A DNA stretch of 64,000 nt from Saccostrea cucullata (lineage: Eukaryota), in assembly GCF_032062105.1 (NCBI RefSeq), contig NW_026930642.1, positions 124,001 to 188,000 on the forward strand. Direction: 5' to 3'. Shown one piece after another: positions 14,401 to 25,949 of the stretch. Position numbers and translations under genes: made by a program. Below the pieces are notes generated by a model that had not been told where the DNA came from, made no database searches, and saw nothing but the letters and a program-made list of their open reading frames with translations. Position 1 is the first letter of the stretch. The number at the start of each line of letters is the position of its first letter.

Positions 14401-15682
14401 GATTCATTTTTGTTCAAATCTGATGTCAACTTCCTGTTTGGCCGTGTATCTGTCGGTTTCATACATGTTTCACACATAACAAATTTTTGTCACAGTTTTA
14501 TACTCATTGCAGATGCTTGAATTTTAACACAATACATGCCATATGGTGGATTTATGCTCCGATGTCAACTTCCTTTTATTTCATCCATTTTTCATTCATA
14601 ACAAATTTTTGTTACAGTTTTCCCAGCAAATGCTCATTGCATATGCTTGACATTTTAGCACACTCTTTCGTGAGGCATGCTATATGGTGGGATGAATTTT
14701 TGTTCAAATTTGATGTTAACTTCCTGTTTGTCAGTGCATTTGTCTGTTTCATAAATTAAAAAACAATTGTCATAGTTTTCTCAGCAACTACTCATGACAG
14801 ATGCTTGAAATTTTAGTACATACTTTGATGATGCATGCAGTGAGGTGGGATTTATTTTTATATGAATCTGATGTCAAATTCCTATTTATCCGTGCATATA
14901 CTCGTAACATTTATTAATATGATATTGTATATTCACATCAGAGCAGGGGTATTACTAGTGAGCATTGGCTCACAGATTTCTTGTTTTCAAAGGATATAAA
15001 GGAAAAAATTGCTTCTATGTGCCAAAACTAACTGAAAACAGATCCAGCACCCTCAGATAACTTTCCTCTGACTGGCTTATCTTATATTTCAGGTCTTAAG
15101 AAGTGGGTAGAAATTGGAAATTCTGGTATTTTCCGTCCAGAAATGCTGCTTCCAATGGGTCTGCCTGAAAATGTGTCTGTTATAGCCTGGGGATTATCTC
15201 TGGAAAGGTAAATTTGCATCATTTAAAACTGTTGTACAGTGGGGCATGCTTTTTCTTTTCTCTCTTCCAAAAAATGAAAGAATACCAAATTTTCAATGTT
15301 TAACTACATAATGTAAGTTTTTAGGACATTTTTGCTGAGAAATATATATTTGGTATCTCGATCAGTGATATCTCAATTACTGTGAATATGTCAAAGTTAT
15401 TTGGAAGTCCTAACCACTTGTTCTTAAAGTATTGTACCTTCAGTATCTTGAATCATCAGATATCTTTTTTTCTCAGGCCCTTTGAGTTTGAAATGATGAG
15501 AGTTGACTGTAGCTACTACATTTCTTGTCGTAATCCATGCTTGCTTACAATAAATTCTTTTTTATGAATTTTACAGACCAACAATGATTAAGTACAAGAT
15601 AGATGACATCAGGACTCTCATTGGACCAAAAGTGAACTTACAAATGGTCTACGACAACCCTATCTGTCTTCTGGACAACTAA
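5414..15682 (+). CDS. FARSA: Phenylalanyl-tRNA synthetase alpha subunit, cytosolic; 12 coding exons, 495 aa
   Basis: Exons 5414-5551, 6984-7121, 8391-8492, 9117-9235, 9390-9482, 9838-9966, 10315-10430, 11064-11148, 12382-12481, 13296-13542, 15093-15207, 15577-15682. All GT-AG with consistent phases, 1488 nt total. Motifs [73 protein letters not shown]. Confidence 0.97.
6079..6390 (+). mobile_element. tRNA-derived SINE (Nin/Deu-like core) in FARSA intron 1
   Basis: A-box TGGCGCAGTGG 6089-6099, B-box GGTTCGAATCC 6152-6162, core cgatgagac...gaggtcctgtgtc...gcacg, (CAAT)n tail. 13-bp TSD TCTGATAATACCA at 6066-6078 and 6391-6403. Confidence 0.88.
10721..10945. mobile_element. Tc1/mariner-pogo-type MITE
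   Basis: TA flanks; TIR CTGTATAAGTAGAATTTTTAGCGAG vs CTCGCCAAAATTTCCACTTATACGG. Confidence 0.75.
11534..11740. mobile_element. Tc1/mariner-pogo-type MITE (truncated sister copy at 10546-~10670)
   Basis: TA|CTGTAGA...TCTACAG|TA. The first ~120 bp are repeated at 10546. Confidence 0.75.
11933..12303. mobile_element. hAT-like MITE
   Basis: TIR CAAAGCTGCCAACA / TGTTGGCAGCTCTG; TSD not clean. Confidence 0.6.
12433..12765 (+). repeat. ~59-bp minisatellite derived from the 3' end of FARSA exon 9 plus its splice donor
   Basis: Five full units (including the exon itself) plus one partial of acagcaaatacagctaggatgttataccagttagctcaacaggtatgt. Confidence 0.92.
12773..12980. mobile_element. Tc1/mariner-pogo-type MITE
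   Basis: TA|CTGTAGATCACTTAATTTTCGCGA...TCGCGAATAAAAAGTGATTTACAG|TA. Confidence 0.8.
13718..14987 (+). mobile_element. Non-autonomous Helentron/Helitron (HINE-type) with ~7 internal repeats of ~155-170 bp, FARSA intron 10
   Basis: T-rich insertion site, subterminal IR atacacctgctc/gagcaggggtat, (GTCT/GTCC)n tract, tandem core, 3' hairpin gtgagc-attg-gctcac, CTTGTT end. Confidence 0.82.
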
Positions 15683-16711
15683 ACAGACTTTAAACCATCT
15701 TATCATTTGTACAAATGCAATACATTATTTATATAAAAAGATACAAAACCATATACATGTTCTGAGTGTAATGCACAGGTGTTGGTTTCTTAATTTAGGT
15801 ACATGTGTAAGTGTATATTTGAAAAAAGAAAAAGCTGACTAGTTGTCATGAGTTAGAGGCTCAAAAGAGCTTTTCTAATCAGTTTGCCCAGAAAATGTAT
15901 AATACATAATATCTATATACATTTGATTATGTGTACATGTATTTTAACTTTGAATATACCGGTATGTACAACGTAATATTAAACTTTTCACATATTCTGC
16001 AGAAACACTGGGCCAACAAACTTACAAGAAGGCATCTCAGGATGAAAGAAAATCAAACATATACAAATAGAAGAAATTCATTCTTCAAAGGGATATAATT
16101 AATTTTTCTTGCAAAAAGTTTCATGTAGCCAAAATTCAAGTACCTTCAAAACTTATCTTTAGGGCTACAGTAGAACACAGTTGGGAAGTTACCAGTATAT
16201 TTCCACAAAGAAATGTATGCAAAGGAAAAATAATAATCAATTGTATAATAATATACATGTCAGCTAGGGTTAGTAAAAGCATCCCCAAATGTGTTGAATC
16301 GATCTTGAATATAGTCGACCCAAGGCTAGCTTTATTGGGACAAAAATTATACACAGATATATGTACTCAAACTTTCAAGTGAACACAAGTCTATGAAATT
16401 GTGACTTAATGTTGAAAATGTGTGCAAAAATTTACTATAAATACTAGAAAAAACAGTCAAATGGCACACATTAGGAGAATAGAATGATGTAGTAATTTTT
16501 TATACAAGGACATTAATTAGTGTTATGTCATTTGCATGGTGAAGGTATATATTCTTGTAAGTTTGTTTGTGTTATTATCTTTATCAAATTGAAATGGAAG
16601 CAATATGAGAAATGTATTCCCATAATGTGAGTCCTAGATTTTATGTATGCATGAACATAATTAAAAGTTGAAATCTCTACGAATTATCTTTTGAAGTCAT
16701 TTGAGCTATCA

Positions 16712-18434
16712 TTTTTATGCTCCCAGATCGATAGATCTGGGTCGCATATTGTTTTTGTCCTGTCTGTCTGCAAACTTCAACTTTCGCCATAACTTTTGAA
16801 CCATTAAGGATAGAGATTTCATGTTTGGTATGCATACTCCACTAATTAAACTCTTTCAATTGACACCAAGGTCAATGAAATTATGTGAAAACTATATCAA
16901 TTGTATATTAATATATATGCTGGGTTTTTCAGAAGTGCTAAATCATGAATATTTTATGGATCTAAGAGAAGAGGGAAATGCTAAAACATTTTTAGTGCAA
17001 ATATAATTGCTCATTATATTTTTTAATCAATGAAACGAAGGCGCAGCCTAATAAAAAAAATTGTAAATATACAGACCAGACATGAATTATGAACTTCTGT
17101 CAGTGACCTTGAACTTGCATATATGATCTTCGTTCAAAATCATGACACACCCTTGCATGGTGAATCTTTGTGTGAAGTAGCATTGATGCATTCCATCTTT
17201 ATCAAATTGATATGGAAGCAATAAGAGAAATTTATCTTTCAGTAACCTTGAACTTGCACTGATGACCTTGGGTCAAGGTCATGACACACCTTTAGGTCAT
17301 AAAGAATCTTTGTGTGAAATAGGAACTTACCAAGTTTATCCATAAGAAAGATATGGATCAGACACGAATTATGAATTTTTTCTTCCAATGACCTTGAACT
17401 TCCCCAAATGACATTGACCCAAGGTCATTACACAACCTTAGGTCAGGAGCAATCTTTGTGCGAAATGAGAACCTACCAAGTTTATCCATAAGAAAGATAA
17501 GGACTGGACATGAATAATTAATTTTTTCTTTGAGTGACCTTGAACTTCCCCAAATGACCTTGGTTCAAGGTCATGACACACCCTTAGGTCAGTAGCAATC
17601 TTTGTTTGAAATGAGAACCTACCACGTTTAAGAAAGATATGGTCCGGACATGAATAATGAATTTTTTCTTTGAGTGACCTTGAACTTCCCCAAATGACCT
17701 TGGTTCAAGGTCATGACACACCCTTAGGTCATGAATAATCTTTGTGTGAAATGAGAACCTACCATGTGTATCCATAAGAAAGATATGGACCGGACATGAA
17801 TAATGAAGTTTTTGTTCCAGTGACCATGAACTTCCCCAAATGACATTGGGTCAAGGTCATGACACACCCTTAGGTCAGTAGCAATCTTTGTGTGAAATGA
17901 TCACACCATTTTTGACAGAGTTTATCCATAAGAAAAATTGGACCAGTTTCTGTTCACTTTTCACAGAGAGCTGCACACATTGAGATGGAATTTAGTATAC
18001 AGATTAGTCCTATGAATATCCAGGTCAACTTTGTTTTGGGTATGATCACACCAAAATAGCTTTTTGTCTGAAAAATTTTACCTTCACCATCATTTTCTTT
18101 AGAGAGGTTGCACATGAGAGATGGAATTTATGTTACAGATAAGTAAGCTTTCTACTAATTAAGTTCTTTGGGTAAATGGCACCATTTTTGAGAGACTATG
18201 ACCTTGACTGTGACCTTTATGCTAAAAATAGCCAGTTTGTGGGGGAGGGGGGGGGGGGCCATATCTATGTTTTAAAACATCTCATTTTAAAATTATCAAT
18301 AATCTCTCTTTAAATAAATATGACACCAAGGTCAATGACCTTGTGACCTTGACTGTGACCTATATGATTAAAATAACCATTTTAAAACTTTATGCTGCTA
18401 GACACAGAGTGTTTCATAAACATATCTTGTTTTT
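16712..18434. mobile_element. Nested HINE complex: a + strand element interrupted by a - strand copy (~16890-17945) of the 146-bp-array family
   Basis: Outer element 5' tttttatgctcccagatcg...gtctgtctg and 3' ..catatcttgtt, with tgacaccaaggtcaatga at 16861 and 18321. The inner part is the reverse complement of 34650-35640. Confidence 0.7.
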
Positions 18435-21400
18435 AAATTTTCCAACATCTCTGTTTTAAATTTGAGATACTAAGAAGATACTAAGAAGATACATACTGGT
18501 ATTCATTTAGTTTATACATGGCTCAACAAAGGGAAAAAAACACTCCCCCTTAATCAAAATAAATCAATGATACGGGGAGTATTTTTCTGCATTTTTAACT
18601 AACTAATTTCCCTGGCATTGATGTCATAAACAGTTTATTTCTTCAAATAAACAACAGATAAATCATCATTGAAAAGATTTATTATACACTGTGATGAACC
18701 AGCATCATCACATTTCATCATCACATTGCTTAAATAAATAAATTTCATCAAAATCATCATAAGACCTTCTAAATTCTAAAGGAAAATCTCTGTAAAATTC
18801 AGTCACAACCGGTATGAAGAATTGTGTTACAAATAGCTTGGTTCATGAAGTAAATATGAAGGGCTCTGCCATTTTTTTGTCCATATGCTTCATTTACATG
18901 ACTGTAATTGATATTAAAGAATACAGTTGCAACAACATATTACCTTCCATTTTTCTTGAGTCAAAAATGAACTCTATACAGCATGGCTGGTTAAAAATTT
19001 TGAGTTATGAATCAAAAACTTGAAATAAAGTTGCTAATATCATTGTGCTTAACAGTGTATTTTCCTTCTCTGTCTGCCAGTCTGGCAATGCATGAAAAGG
19101 AAGAAGTAGTTAATATTTCCAGGGTGGGAAAAATTAATGTTTGTAGTCAAGTGAAACACAATCCGATGTACCCAGTTAAATTATAGCAGCAAACGTATTT
19201 ATCTAGAAGTCTACATTTTCTAAGTTGCAAATTAAACTGCTCAAACAATAGAGCATTTTCAATAATTAAAACATTAAATGTATACAAGTATCAAGAAGAT
19301 TTTGACAGTAAAAATCTTAAGTATTTGACATTTAACAAGCCAAACAACATGTATCAGTTGACATCAAATAGACATTATAAATGTACAGACTTAAAACAAA
19401 GGGTAGGGGATCGATTCATTTGTAGTCAAGGAAAAAATTATTTTGTTTGAGGTGAACAATCATAATAAACAATGGATGGTCATCAAAGACCAGAGCAATT
19501 TTTTTTTACATGGAAAATACAAGGATTCTGCACAACATAATTCAAAATACAATTTTTCCCTAGGAGAATTAACAGATAATTAACAAATAACACACAATTT
19601 TACTTCTTTCTGAACATAATTTATCAAAACTAGACTAGCAAAAGTGAGGGTGACATTGAATATTCTCATCCATTAAAAAAAAAAATCTTTCGATGAAATT
19701 TTTAAGTAAGCTGTTGTTGCAATATTAAAGCTATAAAAATCTCTAAGCACTGCAGGTATATTAAGATGGATTTCTTATCACAATGAATATGGTAATACTA
19801 ACATCATGAACACAAGGTCACAGCTTCCTTCATTATCATTATCAAAGTCATTGAAACCAAAGTTTAAATACAACTTAAGTGGGAAAAAATTATTGTTAAT
19901 TTTGAGTTATTTCACGATATGTTTTCAATGAACATGTCATACATGTATGATATGTGTATATTGTGTGTAATATATTGTGCTGTGATATGCCTTAAAACAT
20001 GCTGCTACCAGTACCATAAGTTACTGTAGAAAAATCTGAAAAACACAACCCTTGAAGTTACTTAAGACTAAAAACGAGTGAAATTATTTCGTTTCAATCA
20101 TATGCAGTTCTATCAATGGCACAAACATTAGTCTACTAAAAAATACATGTAGTTTTAAATTAAAGATATTACTAAATTAATTAAATTAAAGAGTTTATTA
20201 AACTAACTTAAAGCATTAGAATCACAATTTTAAAACATTAATTAAATATTGATTACTTTTTAAAAAGGACACCAACAGCCACTTTCATACAAGTTTAAAA
20301 ATACACACCATATATAGTTTGTTCACAACTGGCATCAAATGAAAAAGAATTTAACTGAATTGATATTTCTATCAGTCATGAAATCAGTGATATACTATCA
20401 AGTTGCTTAAATCTAGCAAATTTGTTAAAAGTATAATGACAACTTTTTTTCAAATACTGTAAATGTATTACATTTGGCTGTGTATAAAAGCATCTGCCTC
20501 TAAATTAAGTTCATTGCAAATTGTCTTGTTTATATATATTCATAAAAACCATATTCAGAAAGCACCAATTCAAATACATGTATACGCTAACTTGGTCAGG
20601 AATCACTTTTCCGCCAAATATCATACACGCCAAATAAAATACATTTACGGTACTTAACCCTGATTGGCTGAGACAAAGTCCTCTCCGGGAAGCAATTGCT
20701 GATTTAGAAGCAAAATATTGTACTAAATAGGACATTGGAAATAGGTAACTATATAAAAATATGTTCAGTTGTAAGTAAAAATTTGTAATACATAGTATTT
20801 AAAAAGTGCCACTTGGTAAGCAAAGTGATTTACTGACGGTCAGACAATATTTTCTTCCTAATTTTATCAAATTTTTAAAAATTCATTTAATAATTCCAAA
20901 TAACTTAAAATTTCTCAAAGACCATAGATATTTTACAACTTATTGCCCTTTTTAATGCATCTTTGTTTGGAAATTGAATTGAGCAATAAACAATGGACTC
21001 GTGACATTTTTCTTTTATAGAAACAAATACTAGAAACTTGTGTGTAACACACCAGGACTTATTCTTCTTTATCTTTTTATACAGAGCTTGAGATCATATA
21101 AATAACATATGATGTACATGTATTAATAATTAAATTAATTCATAACAATCAATAAAATATTTGCAAAAATATAACACAGGAATTAAATCATATGATAATC
21201 AACTTATTAATATAACAAGAAAATTTTCTAGGAATGCTTGACTATATCTGTTAAAAATATAATAATTTTCATAAAGATGAAATGGTGAAAAAGCACAGCT
21301 TTTTTAAAAGTAAAAATTTGCAATATAAAATGGTGATACGTTTTTGTATGACTGCATCACAAAATGACGAGGGAATGTAGACAGAAATTTATCACAACAC

Positions 21401-21445
21401 GTTACCACAACTTTTGTACACGTATAGACCCAGGACGACATGTCT

Positions 21446-24400
21446 CTAAAACTGTTCGTTAAATTCCTGCACACCCTTTGTTAGTCGGCCACTCTTTGCA
21501 TCAGAAATTGCACCCCAAAGGTCGAATACAAAATCGTCCGTGAAACCAAAGTCTTTAAGTTCCGAGTTGTCCACCGCCATGGCAAAATCACTTGGGTTAT
21601 CTTTCTTGCTTCCTAACTCCCATATTGTTTGAGCTGTGGAGCAAAAATATCATTTACATCATTCATGAAATTACGCAAAAAAAAAATATTCACATAAAAT
21701 ATTGCATTTTACAATAAAGCTTCCAAGGCATTTATTTATCATCAATAATAATTTTTTAGCAATGAAATAAATTATGGAAGGGGGTGCTCTTCTATATATA
21801 GCAACGTTACTTTTTAAAGATTAATTTATAACTTTGTTATCATTCCACTTTAAGTTTGTTTTCAAGTTTACAGAAGTTGACTAGGATTTGGTATTGTTAA
21901 ATAAGAATTTCAATGTTTACATAAATGTCATTCCAATGTTGAAAAATAACCCACAGGTAAATTTGAATTGTTTGTGAAATTAAAACCTGCAGTCTGGGGG
22001 TGTTTTGATTTGCAGTAGTTAAGGAGTTGTGAAACTTTATACAGGTAAACCTGAGGCTATAAATCTGACATGATATCACTGACAAAAAATTAACTTTTAA
22101 TAAAAATAGCTAGAAAAAATAACCCTCACTTCTACTTTGAAAGTATTCTACCCATATACATTTATGATATACCCCTTGTAAGCAATTCACTCAAAACAAC
22201 AATATATTTTTTGCTCTGAATAAGTAATTATGAGAACCTGTTTTGACTGGGTATATCAACATGTTTTAGAGGACATCTGTGTAGGTTTTGGCTACTTGAC
22301 ACTTCTTTGTTTGTATAGTGTAGACTTACCTAACTCTGTGTCATTGATTCCCATGAATGATTCCAACAAACCATTTACTTTGTCAACTGCCACATTCACT
22401 ACATCATCAGGCTGAAAATACAAACATGGTGTCAGCTAACAATTCATACTTCAGCATCTTAAATCTCAACACCTGAAAATTCTTCAATTTTAATTCAATT
22501 ATTTTTTTTTTTTTCAATAATTTGCTTGAATGAATAATTACAAAATAGCTTTTTTTTAATGCATATACAATAAATAACTAGTTTTTTTTTTTTTAATTTG
22601 TTTTAAAATATGTGAAAAACTATCAATTATGCATGTTTCTGGGGAGAGGGGTGTGTAGAGGGATTTTATACTTGACCAAAACCTTTAATAATCATATTAT
22701 CAGGGGTTGACACTAACTTTTAAACCGTAGAAGCGGTTAGGCTTTTGCCTATACTTCATGGATATAGGAAGAAGGCTCAAATCCAAGCACTTCTGTCAAC
22801 CTAGCCTATACATGTCTCTGTGTTGGGGAGAGGGGGAAATTTTGGGGAGATGCCAAATCCTGCATTCTAGCTGTATTTTGGGTAAAAATTATATGTCACC
22901 CTATGACTGTACCTTAGACATTTTTGTACAAAAAACATATATAATCATTTAGGGTAAGAACCTTTGAATTTTACAATTTTGACATACAAAAATAATAATT
23001 AAGATAATAAAACATATTTGAAAATACATTTAATAATTTTTGTACATTGTGTGTAAAATTATTTAAAACTTGTAAAATTTTTATTGGTGGAGTTGTTGTG
23101 TAACCCATTATAACAATTACCAGCAAGCCAATGTTTGCAATAGGAACTTGAATTTTTATTGTGGACTTGTGTCTACCAATACAAATTCTAACTGGCCCTC
23201 ATCTTATGGTAGTAGACAGAACAGATTACACAAACAAGCTTGTTTTATATGTCTGTTTATCTCAAGCTTGTGTCCGTTATCAAAGATAGGCTGTCATAAT
23301 AAACTAAAGGTCAAGACCCACCTATCAGTGAATCTACAAGTCAAGACTACTACTATGATGGCATATTATACAATCAGTCCCCTGGCTGACTGAAGCATTT
23401 TACTGCCTCCCTTAGAATAAAATATCTGAAACCTATATACTCCTGCCAATGAAAATTCTTATGTACTCCAGAAAAGTGACTTGATTCCATATAAAGCTGT
23501 CCAGAATGCTGCTTAGCTGTGTCTTTATTTGTCTGTGTCTAGTTTTTTTTTTCTACTGAGGAGTTTGTCAAAGGTCAACAAAAACCTATGTTTTTATCTT
23601 GGCCGATTAGTTAACCAGAATATGTTAGGTATGAATAAACAGTGTTATCGGCCTAGCTATGTATCACTCTCTATCTGTCGAGTACTAAGTTAGAAGACAT
23701 TTCCTCCTGATGAAACGATTCGGTGTCGAGGGCTCTTTACACTGTGTATCCATACATTACCTAAGACCTGTTTAATTAGCCTTAATTATCACATTAATGT
23801 TAGCCTTCATTTCCTGCACTTCACATCTTCAGTGAAAATAAACTTTTGTGATTTTTTTTTTTTTGCTTATCAACTTAACATGCTGGTAACAAGAGATGCA
23901 ATGTCTTATAATTTGCTAATGGTAGTGAAAGACATTTATCTACATGAATGAATGTGACACCTCAGTTTAGATATATGCATTTCATGTCACTGCTAAACTG
24001 TATAAAAGAAAAGAAAAAAAGTAAGAAATCAAATCTTACTGTATTGCATAAATTGATATACTAGTATGATCAACCAAAGATGTTCAAAGCCATCTATTGA
24101 CAACAGTAGTGTACCATTTGTGTACAAAAGTAAACTCACAATTTCCACAGTGGCGGGCCCTGAGGATCGAAGTCGTAACGTCTGTTTGCCTGATCCTATG
24201 TTTCCACTTCCCTTTTTCCCGCTGGATTTCTCAACAAAAGCTACAAATAGAAAGGGGAATGTATTTCTCAAAGTATTTCTAACCCTACCGCGAAGTACTT
24301 ACCGTTAACATTTTAAATTACCCTGGTATAATTTATCGAAAACAATAAAGATTTTTTACGAAATCACAACAATACAGGGACTATCTGGGGCAGAACAAGC

Positions 24401-25915
24401 AAGTCCACTGTAGGTTGAATTTTTGGTGACATCTGTACATAAAAAAACAACACAAACAACTTAGTGGCATACAACAAAAGGTTCCCATTCGCTGTTAATT
24501 TATGACTAATGACTAAAAGGGTTTTTTTTAGCACTAATCTGTTTTATCAATAAATTATATGATTGAATAAAGCTTATTAAGTATGTACAGTGTATTATTT
24601 TTCTTAAGTGTGAAAAATTAGTGATCTGTAAAAAAATCTTTTGATTGGAACATCTCTACATTATGAAAGCTCAAAATGTTTGAAAACGTTGTCTCTTTGA
24701 ATCGCTTTGAAATATCTAAAGAAGATTAAACAAATCTTCTTTTTTTTCCTTTCGACTGTACTATTAAAGTAATCATATTTAAAATGAAAAGAGAACTGGA
24801 TCCAATCACAATATAAAACACATGTTTTACCCATACTTGCTGCATGATCAGATAATAAAGCAAATAGCATCATATTTTTGATAAAATTGCATTGCTATTT
24901 CAAAACAAAAACTCAGCTAGGATTTTGTCAGATAATTAATATATATGTTTTAGAAATAAGGAATCATATTCTCTTAATACAATACATGTAATCACCAAAA
25001 ATCCAACCACATGTTATTTACCAAAAAAGAATCAAACAGGAAGAATTTTCAAAATGTGGGTTGTTTTCAAAGCTAAATGATGCTGACCTACAAACTGCAA
25101 ATTCACTTTTTTAAAAAATAAAATCTTAACGTGCACATATAAAAAGTTTAAAGTGGTAAAATATACAGGGACTTCATATTGACGTTAAAAACGTACTTAC
25201 AGAAACCAGACTTCATGGGCTCCACAACACGAATGGTAAACGTAGTTCCTTTAGGAATCTCTTTCAACATCTTGGCCACCTCAAAATGCCTGCAGCCCAC
25301 TAAACTTTTTCCATCAATTTTTTCTATATGATCACCCACTGAAATCAGTTCTTGTTTGTCCATTATACTGTCCTCTTTTATTCGTTTGATAAACGCGTAC
25401 CCAGCTCCATTGTCCGTTATGGTCAGTCCTAATGCATCCTGGGACTTTGTCACCTCCATTTCTTTGGGACGACCTTTGATATGGGCAAATATAAAATCCT
25501 CCAAACCAATCTGTCCACCCAACAGTCTGGACATATCCACTTTGTGTGTATTCAATGTACAAAAGAGTATCTGAAATTATAATAAAGTCATAACTACTGG
25601 GTAGCTTAGGAACCTATTAAGCCGAAGTTTAGTTTACTATTCTAAAATACTCTATTACATTTACACACTTTTCAAAAATCTGATAGTATTCAACAAAACT
25701 ATATACAGTTGAGCCACATTATTGAAGACATTATTAAATCAGTTCCCTTTGTGTTAGGAACTAAATTCTATCAACTTGTAACTTGCCAAACAACTTTCAT
25801 TCTGGATGCATCATAATACAGAAAATTTTGATTGAGACTAAACCATCCTGTATTTACAGAACAGGAATTCCATTTTCTTGATTTTGGGTACAAGATAGAA
25901 GTATATTTCATCAGT

Positions 25916-25949
<34 letters not shown>

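Noticed and set aside
23690-23740. Hammerhead ribozyme (ctgatgaaacg)
   Set aside because: No stem II followed by GAAA in the right register.
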